A stretch of DNA of 63,905 bases, counting the filler, from Octopus bimaculoides (lineage: Eukaryota), in NCBI RefSeq assembly GCF_001194135.2. It is 6 parts of 6 records of this genome, joined end to end, with 100 filler letters (N's around TTAATTAATTAA, not from the genome) between each part and the next. Parts side by side here need not be neighbours in the genome. Positions count along the whole stretch, not along the records: positions 18,212 to 44,256 come from NC_068984.1; 5 more parts are not named here. One strand, written 5' to 3'. The translations under genes were made by a program, and so were the position numbers. Below are positions 27,373-41,875 of this stretch, one piece after another (the first letter of the stretch is position 1; every line of letters starts with the position of its first letter). The notes under the pieces were generated by a model. That model had not been told where the DNA came from and did no database searches. It was given only the letters and a program-made list of their open reading frames with translations.

Positions 27373-27729
27373 ATATAATACAATATGTGGATGCAGATAT
27401 GTATGTGTGGGTGTGTATTTAGTCGTAGAATTTCCTTTAATTATCAAGAAAGCTCTAGAAACATAGATGCATTTTAGATATTCGTAATTACATTTGTATG
27501 CAAAAAGTATATTGATCTACAGAGTCACTATATTATTATTTTTACAAATATGTTACTTATCGTATATTTGTTATGACAGAATCATCTTTAATGACAAATC
27601 CATGTTTCCAAGGTTTTCAATCATATATATGTATATATATATACATAAAGCGATGAAATATCATAATCGATGATATATATAATATATATATATATATATT
27701 TATATATATGTATATATGTATGTATATAT

Positions 27730-27769
<40 letters not shown>

Positions 27770-28131
27770 NNNNNNNNNNNNNNNNNNNNNNNNNNNNNNN
27801 NNNNNNNNNNNNNNNNNNNNNNNNNNNNNNNNNNNNNNNNNNNNNNNNNNNNNNNNNNNNNNNNNNNNNNNNNNNNNNNNNNNNNNNNNNNNNNNNNNNN
27901 NNNNNNNNNNNNNNNNNNNNNNNNNNNNNNNNNNNNNNNNNNNNNNNNNNNNNNNNNNNNNNNNNNNNNNNNNNNNNNNNNNNNNNNNNNNNNNNNNNNN
28001 NNNNNNNNNNNNNNNNNNNNNNNNNNNNNNNNNNNNNNNNNNNNNNNNNNNNNNNNNNNNNNNNNNNNNNNNNNNNNNNNNNNNNNNNACACACATATAT
28101 ACATATATATATGTATGTATGTATATACAGA

Positions 28132-28435
28132 GACGCAATGGCCCAGTGGTTAGGGCAGCGGACTTGCGGTCGGAGGATTGCAGTTTCGATTCCCAGACCG
28201 GGCGTTGTGTTTGTTTATTGAACGAAAACACCTAAAGCCCCACTAGTCTCCGGCAGGGGGTGGTGGCGACCGCTGTTGTACTCTTTCACCCCAACTCTCT
28301 CTCAGTCTTTCTTCCTGTTTCTTGAGTAAATCTGCGATGGACTGGCATCCCGTCCAGCTGGTGGGGAACACATACGTCATTGAAACCGGGAAACCGGGCC
28401 CATGAGCCTGGCTAGGCTTTAAAATGGCGCATAAA
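28132..28435 (+). mobile_element. Family-B-related (possibly OR-type) tRNA-derived SINE
   Basis: GACGCAATGGCCCAGTGGTTAGGGCAGCGG (A box)...GTTTCGATTCCC (B box); tail GAAACCGGGCCCATGAGCCTGGCTAGGCTTTAAAA. Confidence 0.9.
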
Positions 28436-28609
28436 AAAATAATATATATATATATATATGTGTGTATGTATTTTTGTATGCATGTATGTATGTATGTATG
28501 TATATCCCCTGCTGACATGAACCACTTTACAGGGTTTTGAGCTCATAATTCAGAACAATTTAAATAGCAGAGATAAAGTTAATTAATTAGAAAATAATCT
28601 CACCTTTGG

Positions 28610-29150
28610 CTGCAGGTGTGGTTGTGTGGTTAACAAGTTTGCTTTGCAGCCTCGTAGTCTGAGGTTCCATCCCACTGTGTGGCACTTTGGCCAAGTGTCT
28701 TCTACCAAAGCTGCATTTTGGATCTGTTCAATGGAAACTAAAAGAAGCTCATTATATATATTTATTCTTTTACTTGTTTCAGTCGTTTGGCTGTGGCCAT
28801 GCTGGAGCACCACCTTGAATGGGTTTTTAGTCAAACATATCAACGGCAGGACTATTTTTTTAAGTCCTAGTACTTATTCTATCAATCTCTTTAGCCAAAC
28901 AACTAGGTTACAGGGACATAAACACACCAACACCGTTTGGCAAGTGATGATGGGAGGACAAATACAAACACAAACACACACTCATAGATATATATATACA
29001 TATGTACATATACAAATATATACGACAGACTTCTCCAAATCCATTCACCAAATCCATTCACAAGGTTTTGGTTGACCTGCGGCTATAGTAGAAAACACTT
29101 GCCCAAGGTGTGATGCAGTGGGACTGAACCCAGAACCATGTGTTTGGGAA
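28610..29150. mobile_element. Family-A head (+, ~28610-28760) abutting a full family-A copy (-, ~28763-29145)
   Basis: CACTTTGGCCAAGTGTCTTCTAC on plus; AAACACTTGCCCAAGGTG further along. Confidence 0.85.
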
Positions 29151-29924
29151 GCAAGCTTCTTACTACACAGCCATTCTTACCACCTATTTATGTGTGTGTG
29201 TGTGAGTGTGAACATATGTGTACATGTGTGGATGAGTGTGTGTGAATTTATCCTTGTCTTGTCATCGTGTTATAGCTGTAAATGAACATCACTGTCATAC
29301 AAGCAGCGTCCATTTCTTATATTCTGTGGAAACATGTTCTGGCCATGGGGTAGTATTGCTTTAGTTGGAAATAGGTGAGGGTTGGTGACAGGAAGAGCTT
29401 CTAGCTGTAGAAAATCTGCCTTGGTGTATTCCCTCTGATCCATGCAACAATGGAAAAGTGGACATTAACACAATGATGACAATAACAATAACATTGAAGA
29501 TGACAATGATGATGATGACAATGATGATGACGATGATGACACATCTCGGCCTTTAAACCAGATATTCAAATGTGTTTCTGCATATAAACGATGTCTCACT
29601 GCGGAAATAATTTTGGAAACCTGTACAAAAATAGATTTAAAACTATTGAAGACATGAATAAATGGTTGGAACCTCCGCAATCAAAATCAACAGACAGCTA
29701 ATTCCACTTGGTATGCAGGACAGGAATTGGTAAGTTTTGCAGAGTGTCTATATAAAAGTTGCTATAATGTAGAGTAACAAGCTGACAGTCAGTAAACCAA
29801 CACTTTAAAGCCACATACATTGTTGATAAGGAAATCAATTTAGACTTGGAGCAAATAGATTGAAGCATTAGTTAAGATGACAGTGATAGAGTGAGCCAAT
29901 AGGAATAACACACAGTCATGACAT

Positions 29925-30099
29925 AGGCATGACGATGTGGTCAGGAAGTTTGCAGCTGAAGCATGTGGTTCCAGGTTCAGTCCCACTGTGTGGCACCTTG
30001 GGCAAGTGTCTTCTTCTCCAACTCTGGGCCAACAAAAGTCTTGAGTCTTGTGAGTAGATTCTGTTAGGGGGAAACTGAAAGATGCCCATTGTGTGTGTG

Positions 30100-30166
<67 letters not shown>

Positions 30167-30176
30167 NNNNNNNNNN

Positions 30177-30235
<59 letters not shown>

Positions 30236-30437
30236 TGTGTGTGTGGCCGTTGCCACTACTGCCGGACTGGCCCTCGTGCCAGTGGCATGTAAAAAGCACC
30301 CATTACACTCTCGGAGTGGTTGGCATTAGGAAGGGCATCCAGCTGTAGAAACTCTGCCAGATCAGATTGGAGCCTGGTGCAGCCATCTGGTTAATCAGAC
30401 AACCCATGCTAGCATGGAAAGCGGACGTTGAACGATA

Positions 30438-30495
<58 letters not shown>
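29925..30495 (+). mobile_element. Composite SINE: family-A tRNA head, (TG)n, family-D 3' segment, (GAT)n
   Basis: GGTTCAGTCCCACTGTGTGGCACCTTGGGCAAGTGTC head runs, across a 10-N gap inside the TG tract, into GTGCCAGTGGCATGTAAAAAGCACC...GGAAGGGCATCCAGC. Confidence 0.75.
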
Positions 30496-30497
<2 letters not shown>

Positions 30498-30693
30498 GAA
30501 ACAAAAGACAGAAATATGGTAACAAAGGGATCAAGAAATTTTCATCACAATTACATGGTTTCGAATTCTATCCCAGTGCATGGCACCTTTGGCAAATGTC
30601 TTCCTTGTGCTTGGGTTGCAAACTTCATGACCACATAGTGATGCCAGTGAGTGTATGTTATTTCTGCTGGCTCACTCACATTGATGCTGAGTG

Positions 30694-30777
30694 AATCCTA
30701 GAATGAATCAATGGGAACCATAGAAGATCAATGAGAATCCTAGAAGACCAATGGGAATGCTAGAAGTTCAATGGTCA
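30694..30777. repeat. Degenerate ~20-bp tandem repeat, 4 copies (AATCCTAGAAGATCAATGGG)
   Basis: Directly visible. Confidence 0.7.
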
Positions 30778-31359
30778 GGAGCACCAAGCTCTACCAAGTG
30801 AGTAACTGCAATGCATCCTATGGGTGGCGTCCATGGCTGTGCAGTCAGCTAATGAAAGATTCTCTATGACACAAGCTCCCAATTCAAGTTCATAATCATG
30901 GAATTGGATGGCGACAGAGAGTCATGGGAATCAGCAAAAGCAGTGAAAAAGAAAAACGGAAGAAGTAAAGATTCACCAAATCAAGATTTTAATGTATATG
31001 AATATGGGTTGGTTTGGAAACAGGCACCATGGTAAATAAAGCAGTGGACGAGCATTTGCCATTGTTGGTAACAAAAGGGGTTAACAGTATTACACACACA
31101 CACATGTGCATGCTCACACGATGCACATGCACACACACATATTCACACACATTCACACATACAGATGCACATTCACATGCAAACACACAGCCATGCAAAC
31201 TAGATTTCAGACAGAGTGATAATTTATGGACAACTGCAGAGTTTATGGGCAAAATGAGATGGAAGAAGTGATGCTGCATGCTTCCAGAAAAACAGAATAT
31301 TCTTTTTGAGAATAGTAAAGTGATACTTAAATCTAATAAAGAGATTAATGTAGGGTTGA

Positions 31360-31396
<37 letters not shown>

Positions 31397-31904
31397 TCAT
31401 AATAATAGCCAGATGGATTAGATGTCAGCCAGTTGGATGGAGAAAAGAGAGAATTTGTGATCAATCAGTCATTGTATAATGTGTCATTTATTAAGTCATT
31501 GAACTCTTCCCTCTTGCTTTACCTGGCTGGAAGTCAGTTAAGAAAGGAAAAAGAAGATGGTAGGGAACTAAAACAGGCATACACAGAGACAAATGGCTAT
31601 TTACAACACTGAAATTGAATCTTCCCAAATGAGAAAAATGTTTCTTTGAAATTAACAAAGGAGAGATTAAGTGGTTGTTTTAAATAATTTGCTAGCATAT
31701 AAGATACATCCTCGCATAGGATGAATCATTATTTTACAAGTATATTCGGTGGGGAAAAACAAATTTAATCTGCAGGTCTATATTTAAGAGATGAGGAATT
31801 ATGTACATTATTTACATTATTTACATGCCCACGGGCATATGGCGAAGTGGTTGAGAGCACAGGCTACTAACCCCAAGATTCCAAGTTCGATTCCAGGCAG
31901 TCAT

Positions 31905-32295
31905 CATCATCATCGTTTAACGTCTGCTTTCCATGCTAGCATGGGTTGGACGATTTGACTGAGGACTGGCAAACCAGATGGCTGCACCAGGCTCCAATCT
32001 GATCTGGCAGAGTTTCTACATGAAAAATACAAGAAACTCTTGAATGCAATGCTGGGTTTTGGTTAGAAGTTTAGTGAAGATTTTATCTCCTCTGGCTCCT
32101 GTGCCGGTGGCATGTAAAAGGCACCCACTACACTCTCTGACTGGTTGGCATTAGGAAGGGCAATCAGCTGTAAAAACACTGCCAGATCAGATTGGGGCCT
32201 GGTGCAGCCTCCTGGCTTTCCAGACCCCAGTTGAACCATCCAACCCATGCCAGCATGGATAACGGACGTGAAACAACGATGATGATGATGATGAT
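31905..32295. mobile_element. Inverted pair of family-D segments (~31905-32020 minus; ~32095-32295 plus)
   Basis: CAATCTGATCTGGCAG vs CTGCCAGATCAGATTG; CATGGGTTGGA vs TCCAACCCATG. Confidence 0.85.
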
Positions 32296-32619
32296 GAATA
32301 TATCATAGAAACTCCTGCCTATCATTGATCTTATGGAGGAATTAATTTTGCTCAAAAGCAAAACAAGTTTTACCTTAAGTTTTACTTCCCAAGAACCTAT
32401 CAACAACTTTAATCTGTTGCCAGGTTTAATAACCCCACTTTGTTCATGGGTGCCTTTTGCAGGGCCCACTTTGTTCCAAGTGACGGTTCATGACCTCATG
32501 ACTAGGGCCTTAAGTCATAAGCATGAGGTTGTAGATTCAACTCCTGGACTGAGGAGCAAAAGCTAGCCTTAAGATGTATACACACACACGCTCGCACACA
32601 CGCTCGCACACACATATAT

Positions 32620-32872
32620 ATATATGTATGTATATGTATGTGTGTGTGTATATGCTTCTGTGTCTGTGTTTGTCCCCCCCCCAACATTGCTTGACAGCCA
32701 ATGCTGATGTGTCTGCATCCCTATAACTCAGTGGTTCAGCAAAATAGACTGATAGAATAAGAACTAGGCTTACAAAGAATAAGTCCTGGGGTCGATTTGC
32801 TTGACTAAAGGCAGTGCTCCAGCATGGCCGCAGTCAAATGACTGAAACAAGTAGAAGAGTAAAAGAAAAGAC
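32620..32872 (+). mobile_element. Family-A SINE, 3' half
   Basis: GAATAAGTCCTGGGGTCGATTTGCTTGACTAAAGGCAGTGCTCCAGCATGGCCGCAGTC. Confidence 0.9.
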
Positions 32873-32873
32873 T

Positions 32874-32915
<42 letters not shown>

Positions 32916-32959
32916 TTGTGTGTGTGTGTTCGTATGTGAGTGCATATGTGTATGTGTGT

Positions 32960-34470
<1,511 letters not shown>

Positions 34471-34554
34471 CACCATCACATGTATGTGTGTGTATGTGTG
34501 TGTGTATGTGTGTGTGTGTGTGTGCATGTGCGTGTGTGTTTGTCCTCCACCACC

Positions 34555-34765
34555 ACTGACATCTGGTGTTAGTTTTGTTTATGTCCGGAGTTAGAGGAAG
34601 AATTCCAGGCAGGGAAGCTTAACCTAGAATTGAAGGGCTTTAAGGCAAACCTAGCAAAGATGAAGGATTTTACGAAGTAGGAAATAAGACAGGACCCTAA
34701 CCCCTCAGGGAAATGGACTTGCTGGATGTGCAGAAAAGGAGTAGATATAAACTTTGTATGCAACC
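34555..34765 (+). mobile_element. RTE-type LINE fragment (end of RT and cysteine-rich insert)
   Basis: LKGFKANLAKMK...PSGKWTCWMCRKGV resembles KGLKVN..KTK...SGKWPC.VC.KGV seen in invertebrate RTE ORFs. Confidence 0.55.
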
Positions 34766-34774
34766 CTTAATATA

Positions 34775-35006
34775 TATATCTTTATTGCCCACAAGGAGCT
34801 AAACATAGAGGGGGCAAACAAGGACAGGCAAAAGGATTAAGTCAACTCCACGAGCCCAGTGCATAACTGGTACTTAATTTATCGACCTCAAAAGGATGAA
34901 AGGCAAAGTCGACCTCGGCAGAATTTGAACTCAGAACGTAGCGGCAAACGAAATACCGCTAAGCATTTCGTCCGGCGTGCTAACGTTTCTTCCAGCTCGC
35001 CGCCTT
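34775..35006 (-). mobile_element. Full-length family-C SINE with the Tx1-like tail
   Basis: TCTTTATTGCCCACAAGG...GATGAAAGGCAAAGTCGACCTCGGCAGAATTTGAACTCAGAACG...CCAGCTCGCCGCC. Confidence 0.9.
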
Positions 35007-35704
35007 GAGACCCAGGCATTTCTGCCTGATGAAGTGATTAAGGCTGACTTCTGGATCCTGGGTCTCATGGAGATGACAAAAGAACAGGATGTATGCAATA
35101 TAAGGCTCTCAAAAAGGGCTGCCCTTCTCAGTGAGACTGAATTATGCTCCTGTACACTACCCAACTAGATCATCTCTCCGTCTCTCTTTCTCTCTCTCTT
35201 GTCCTTCCCTTGTCAAAAGCATCATCATTAGGTCCTGCCTCTTGCCCATTACCCTGCTCTCTTCTACATCCCTCTATCTTCCCAACTCATGGCTTATCGA
35301 TCATCTACCCTTTGACCCTATCCAATTTTTGACGGTTGCAAATTGCTCCCCCCCCCCATTCTCTCACCTTCTGTCCGCCATACAATCTTACAAACTACCC
35401 ACCCACATTTTCTCACTTCGTGCCTTATGGTGAGGGAGGCAGGGAGGTCACCTGGGCATCACATCACCATTATCTATCTCTTTGCAGCTTCTACTTATCA
35501 TATTTTTCTTTCCTCTTTCTCTCTTCCTCCTTCTAAATATGAGTAATGATGTACATCCTCTGCAAGAATCTGCACTGACCCCCATCATGCTCCATCTGCC
35601 CCAGATATAATATATATTATTACTTTTTTTCTTTTCTACCTGAAGACTGTCTGGTAGAACAGAATAATTAAAGAGTCCAGTTTCCCTACAAACCTTATCT
35701 TTTT

Positions 35705-35953
35705 TTTTTGTGCCCTTTTAAAGCCTAGCCAGGCTCCTGGGCCCGGCTTCCCGGTTTCAATGGCGTATGTGTTCCCCAGCTGGACGGGACGCCAGTCCAT
35801 TGCAGCGTTACTCATTTTTGCCAGCTGAGTGGACTGGAGCAATGTGAAATGAAGTGTTTTGCTCAAGAACACAACGCATCGTCCCGGTCCAGAAATCGAA
35901 ACCACAATCTTACGATCATGATGCTGACACCCTAACCACTAGGCCACACACCT
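35705..35953 (-). mobile_element. Family-B SINE with the GAAACCGGG...GGCTAGGCTTTAAAAGGG tail
   Basis: GTGAAATGAAGTGTTTTGCTCAAGAAC core with a tRNA-like head; tail shared with 24476 and 28132. Confidence 0.85.
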
Positions 35954-36654
35954 CCACACAAACCTTATCTAGTTACACTAAAATGGCTTCCATTTTTGAT
36001 GCTGTTTCACCTTATATTTTATTTACATGCCAGAAGGGTTTGCTTCTGTCAGTCCATCATTTATAATGATGAGGGTTCCAGCTGATCCAATCAATGGAAC
36101 AGCTTTCTTGTGAAATTAGCATGCAAGTGGCTGAGTACACCATAGACATGCGTACTCTTATGGTGGTGGTGGTGATGGCATCAGCGGCGGCAGTGGTGGT
36201 GTTGGAGACTCTGATCCAGTAAAGCCATGATCAAAAATTTCTCCATCCATGACCCTCCTGTATTGCCGCATTATCCAACATGCATTTTGTTTTTCCAAGT
36301 CAGTAGAAACAGTCATTTGAGGGAGAATTGGCTGTTATTTACAGTAGCTTCTACAACCACACAGAAGCTCTACTGAAGAAAGAACAGAATAGTTCTTGGA
36401 GTGGTTCCAATATTTTCATACTTCAAATAAATGTTAGTTAATTCCTAAAGTCTTCAAGACATTTCCATATTCAAATATTTACAAATCCACCGTTTCTTTC
36501 TTGTCTTTTAGTCTCTTCATCTTCTACCTCATGGAGACAGGAGTATTTGCAGATAAAACTAAAATACCAATTCCATGTGCAGCCAAGAATGTTGGCAAAA
36601 GATGGTGTATTTCAAAATATGGTTTTGCTTATCAATTTTATCGGATATTTCTTT

Positions 36655-37000
36655 TGGGGTTTGGTATAGCTGTGCGGTTAATAAGCTTGCTTCCCAATGG
36701 TATGGTTTGGGGTTCAATCCCCATGTATAGTACCTTGGCCAAACATCTTCTACTATTGACCATGTCCACCCAAAACCTTGTGGAAGGATTTTGTAAATGG
36801 AAATTAAAATGAATCCTGTTATACATGGTTGACCCAAGTATTGGCTTAGTATTTATGGTGTTGGATTTATAATCATAAGATTGTGGTTTCAATTCCTGAA
36901 CCGGACGTTGCATTGTGTTCTTAAGCAAGACACTTCATTTCACACTACTCCAGTCCATTCGGCGGGTAAAAATGAGTAATCCTGTTACAAACCAGGGTCT
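36655..37000 (+). mobile_element. Family-A head followed by a family-B fragment
   Basis: GGGTTCAATCCC...CCTTGGCCAAACATCTTC, then TTCTTAAGCAAGACACTTCATTTCAC. Confidence 0.7.
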
Positions 37001-37239
37001 CATCTAGTGAAGAATATATGAGCCAGAGTATTGTGGTGAAATTTTGACACCTCTGTGGGATAGCAAATCAACTGCCCTAAACCATATGAAAGCACATGTA
37101 CACTGTCAGCGAAGGACAGTGTGGTGTGTGCAGGCGTTTTGTGAAGACAGTCGTAGAAGTCATCAAGAAGAGATATTGTTTGTTACGTGTTGTTTCTGAT
37201 TTATATTTGTAGTGTTATAACCTTGTTATTATTATTTTT

Positions 37240-37555
37240 TTGGGATCCTCTTCGATCATGAATGACCATGGGATTGCACCTAGAAAGATCCCCTCCGAGG
37301 CACAAGTCTGGGCAAGGTTGTTTATGGAAGACCAGCAGTCGCCTCCCCATGCCACTGATGTTATCTAATGAAAAAGTAAAGGTCGATACAGCTTGGCACC
37401 AGTGACGTTGCAACTCATTTCTACAGCTGAGTGAACTGGAGCAACGTGAAATAAAGTGCTTTGCCCAAGAGCACAACAGGCAGCCTGATCCGGGAATCAA
37501 ACTCACAACCTTACAATTGTAAACTCAATGCTCTAACCACTGAGCCATGCGTCTT
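37240..37555 (-). mobile_element. Family-B SINE (same subfamily as 22681)
   Basis: TCATGAATGACCATGGGATTGCACCTAGAAAG shared with 22697. Confidence 0.85.
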
Positions 37556-37679
37556 CACTTACCTTGTTATAAGTCCATGTTATAAAGTGGCATCTACAGT
37601 GAGTTCAAAGACGGTCATAACACAGAGAAACCATGAAACTGGCCCTATGTCCCTTGCTGAGTAATGGGAGCTGACCATA

Positions 37680-37990
37680 CATGTGTATATGTGTGTGTGT
37701 GTGTGTGTGTATGTGTGTGTATGTGTGTGTGTGTGTGTGTGCATGTGTATGCATGTGAGTGTATGTGTGTGTATGTTTGTGTATGTGTGTGCATGTATAT
37801 GTATGTGTGTGTTTGTGTGTGTATGTGCGTGCATGTGTGTATGTGTGTGTATGTGTCTGTCTGTTTGTGTGTGTGCATGTATATGTATGTATATATATAT
37901 GTGTGTGTATGTGTGTGTATGTGTGTGCATGTATGTGTGTGTATGTGTGTGTATGTGTGTGCATGTGTGTTTATGTGTGTGTATGTGTGT
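37680..37990. repeat. Complex (TG)n/(TGTA)n microsatellite
   Basis: Directly visible. Confidence 0.95.
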
Positions 37991-38369
37991 TAGTTCTTCC
38001 TTCTCTTGACTTTACCTGAGAGTCGTAAATGAGTGTCGCCATCTTGCAAATGTTGTCTTTCATTTCTAATCTTGTGTAAAAACATGTCTGGTCAGGGGTA
38101 AACATTACCCTATTTCGAAATAGAAGGTCGGTGACAGAAAAGGTATCCAGGTATAGAAAATCTACCTTAACAAATTATATCTATCCTCACTCCAGTGTAG
38201 GGGACACCAATACATAGGATCCCAGTGAATAGGACCCTAGTATATGGGACACCAGCCTATAGGACACCAATACATAGGATCCAGTGAATAGAACACCAGT
38301 ATAGAAGACAACAGTATAAAGAAATACCAGCCTATAGGATACCTGAAATCAAAGGTATAAAGATGTTTT

Positions 38370-38900
38370 ACATCATTATACCTTTGTCTTGCAATCTTTA
38401 TACATTTGTCTTGCAATGCTACTTGGAGGTCTTCTAAGAGCATTACCAATCCAGCCCATTTCCTTTTCAGAATTTCTTGATTGATGGGAGTTTGGTTTGT
38501 TCTATCCTGCAGACTTCTGTTTGAAATTTTGTCCAGCCACCACATCTTCAGAACATTCTGCAGACATTTGTTGGTGAAGGTCTGTAGATTACTCATAATG
38601 ACTTTGGTGACCTTCCAAGTCTTTGACCCATAAAGAAGAACAGTCTTGACATTGGAATTAAAGATGTAGAGCTTTGTTTCGAGGGAGATGGCTTTGAAGT
38701 TCCAAACCAGTCAAAGACTGTTGAAAGCATACCAAGCCTTGCCAATCCTGGACCTCACATCCTCCTTTCTTCCACCTGTCTTTGAGATAATGCTGCCTAG
38801 ATACACAACCTATGCCAGTCAAATATTCTTCCAATTCCACAGCTATTGTGCAACAGTGAATTATAAATTTCAGTGATATCAAGTTAGCAATATTTGGAGT
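38370..38900 (-). mobile_element. RTE-clade LINE fragment (post-RT region)
   Basis: VYLGSIISKTGGRKEDVRSRIGKAWYAF; VKTVLLYGSKTW; NLQTFTNKCLQNVLKMWWLDKISN...TNQTPINQEILKRKW. Confidence 0.85.
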
Positions 38901-40189
38901 TAGCCATTGAGTATTTTGGACAACAATACAATACCAATGTAAATAGGAAATCATTGACCATACGACTGATTAGCTGGTACTCTCTAGATCTGGTCATCTA
39001 TGGCTGTCTAGTAGACTAATCATCAATAAGATTAAATGAGTACAAAGTTTTCTTTGATAAATGTTTTTATATAAGTAGTAATTTATATTCATATAAGTGC
39101 TAATAATACTCTCAATCGATAAACTGCACAGTTTTTATATATGAACTCTAGTATTAACATGCTATCTTTTTGGCAGTGTAATGTGAATTTACATATAATG
39201 ATTTTATATATCATCATTGACGCTTTTGTTGTCGTTATCATTGATGTTGTTGTCATCGTCATCATCATTTAATATCCAACTTTCCTGCTGGTATGGGTCG
39301 GATGGTTTGACAGGAGCCGCTGCATGGTTTTTATAGCTGAATGCCTCTTTTTAAAATCAACCACTTTACAAAGTGTATTATGTGCCTTTTTTTTTGTAGC
39401 ACCAGCACTAGTGAGGTCACCAAGTAATTTGCAGGACAAAGTAAGAAAAAACCCCTCTTGAGTGAGTGGAGTTGTAGTAGAGAGAGAGAGAAGTGGCTTT
39501 ATGCCAGGTGGTGAGAGCTTAAAGTAATAGAGAGGCCAGTACAGGTGTGCTACTATAGAAGAGATACGTGGCTACTTTACATTATATAAGGGTAGATGGG
39601 ATTAACTATAAGGAGGATAAAGACAGTGGTAATGAAATGTCAAAGCATTAGTAGCATAACTAGATGGGGTAAGAGGGAGGGGGACATGCCCTGGGCACAA
39701 ATTGAAGATTAGAGTGCCTCATCAAAAGCAAGGAAGATGGAACTTTAAACAATAGTATTTTTTTCTTTTTATTACATCTCATATCACACATTAGGTTTTT
39801 TTAACGTCTCAATCATCGAAGCTGGTGCGATAAACGATTAAAATAAGGTTTCGTAAAAGTAAACCTTCAAAATATATATTTTATTCAGATAAAGTGTATC
39901 TACCATCAATCATTGTTGTCTGACCCCATATCAACCTTAACTAAGTAAACCTATGGTGAAAGGCACTCTAGATGTGGCCATCACATCTCTTATTCAGATA
40001 GTGTGTATCCTCTGCCAGTCATTATTGTTTAAGCTCAGGTCAGCCATGGTCAAACAGACCTATGAACAAAAGCATGCTGGCTGTGACCATTACCATTTTG
40101 TTGTTGTTGTTGTTGTTACTAAGAGTACTCTTCAATCATTGGGCAATAAACTGTGCTTGAGATGACCTGTTGAGTCTAGTAAAGTAATT

Positions 40190-40550
40190 GTTGTGACCGA
40201 TGCCAGTGCCACCTGACTGGCCGTGTGCCGATGGCACGTAAAAAGCACCATTTAAGTGTGGTCGATGCCAGTGTTGCCTGACTGGTCCCGTGCTGGTAAC
40301 ATGTAAAAAGCACCATTCGAGTGTGGTCAATGCCAGTGCCGCCTGACTGGCTCCCATTTCAGTGGCACATACAAAACACCCACCACACTCTTGGAATGGT
40401 TGGCGTTAGGAAAGGCATCCAGCTGTAGAAACTCTGCCAGATCAGATTGGACCTGGTGCAGCCTCCTGGCTTGCCAGTCCTCAGTCAAACCGTCCAGCCC
40501 ATGCCAGCATGGAAAGCAGACGTTAAACAATGATGATGATGAGGAGGAGG

Positions 40551-40599
<49 letters not shown>

Positions 40600-40615
40600 C
40601 GACGACGATGACAAT
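40190..40615 (+). mobile_element. Family-D segment with about four 5' repeat units and a (GAT)n tail
   Basis: Repeated GATGCCAGTG...GACTGG...GTAAAAAGCACCATT units, then GGAAAGGCATCCAGCTGTAGAAAC. Confidence 0.9.
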
Positions 40616-41438
40616 GCATCTAAGACTCCATTATTCCATGTGTTCTTCTTTATTCTAAGACAGTAGAATGTAATTTGAGGAAAATTTGGCTACTACTTCA
40701 TGCAGCTAGAATGGCCACATAGAGGTACCCCTCAGATCCATCTCCTATGTGTTTTTGTTTAGTGCAAGGTGAACCAGACCTATGCAGACCCAGACCTATG
40801 ATCAAAGTTGCTCCAGTTCTGACCATCCCCTCTTTACGCAGGTATTGAGTACCTAGGACTTTATTGCTTCTTTTTTTAAATTTTTCTCATGACAATACAA
40901 TGTAATTTGAGAGGGAAAATTTAACTGCTATTTCTAGCAAGTCTAGCGACTTACATAGAGACTCCCTTATTCTATGTTCAATATCTAAATAGTGTAAGTT
41001 GTATTGTTGGTAATTCCTGGTATTTTATCTCTTCTGTGAGTTAAATCTGTTCACGTTACTAAGCTGCAATGGCTGGTTATACCTTGAAGGATGTTGTTGA
41101 TGACGATGATGATGATGATGATGATAATGATGTTACTTGGAAGTAGAGAAAGGGAAGATGTGGAAGACGCTATTTTTAATCTGCTTGGTGCCAGGTTTCT
41201 AGGTGTTTAATATTGGAGGAGTTGTACAAATATACGGGAATGATGGCTTGAAGGGGTGGTGGGTGGTAAACTTGATGTTGCAGCTGTATGTGGTTGGGTT
41301 TTGTGAGAAGGGAGGGGTTGCGAAAAGGGGTCGTGTGTTGGTGAAAGTAACACTGCAGTCATTGAATGGGGCCTCCACCTGGTTGATTGACTTGACAGAA
41401 ATAATAACCATATCCCCCTCAGTTTACATGCTTCTGTC

Positions 41439-41580
41439 TTAACCCTTTTGTTTCCAAATTTCTATTGAAATGCCTTTTGTTTCAAATAATTTTGGAAATA
41501 ATGGAAAATTTTGTGAAATAATTTTGACATTATTAAGCTGGTGTTTGGGACATAAATTAACATGGAATTTTGGTGGGAGG
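41439..41580 (-). mobile_element. Partial piggyBac-like MITE related to the 59.2-59.9 kb copies
   Basis: TTAA|CCCTTTTGTTTCC start; aligns by eye to the reverse complement of 59682-59905. Confidence 0.6.
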
Positions 41581-41584
41581 TTAG

Positions 41585-41875
41585 CATTGGTGCTGGTGCC
41601 ACATGAAAAGCACTGGTGCTGGTGCCACATGAAAAGTACTGGTGCTGGTGCCACATGAAAAGCACTGGTGCTGGTGCCACATGAAAAGCACTGGTGCTGG
41701 TGTCTGTGTCGCATAAAATCATGGGTACTGGTGTCACATGAAAAGTATTGGTGCTGCTGCCACATGAAATGCACTGGTGCTGGTGCCACATGAAAAGCAC
41801 TGGTGCCGGTGCCACATGAAAAGCACTGGTACTGATGCCACATGAAAAGCACTGGTGCTGGTGCCACAGGAAAGG
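41585..41875 (+). repeat. 26-bp minisatellite (CTGGTGCCACATGAAAAGCACTGGTG, ~11 copies) continuing into a family-D tail to ~42010
   Basis: Directly visible; the 26-aa periodicity of the track ORFs equals 3 x 26 bp. Confidence 0.9.

Noticed and set aside
28132-28205. tRNA genes (also 24710-24781, 31845-31905, 48270-48343)
   Set aside because: A/B boxes are present but acceptor stems are not closed, and the sequences continue into SINE bodies.
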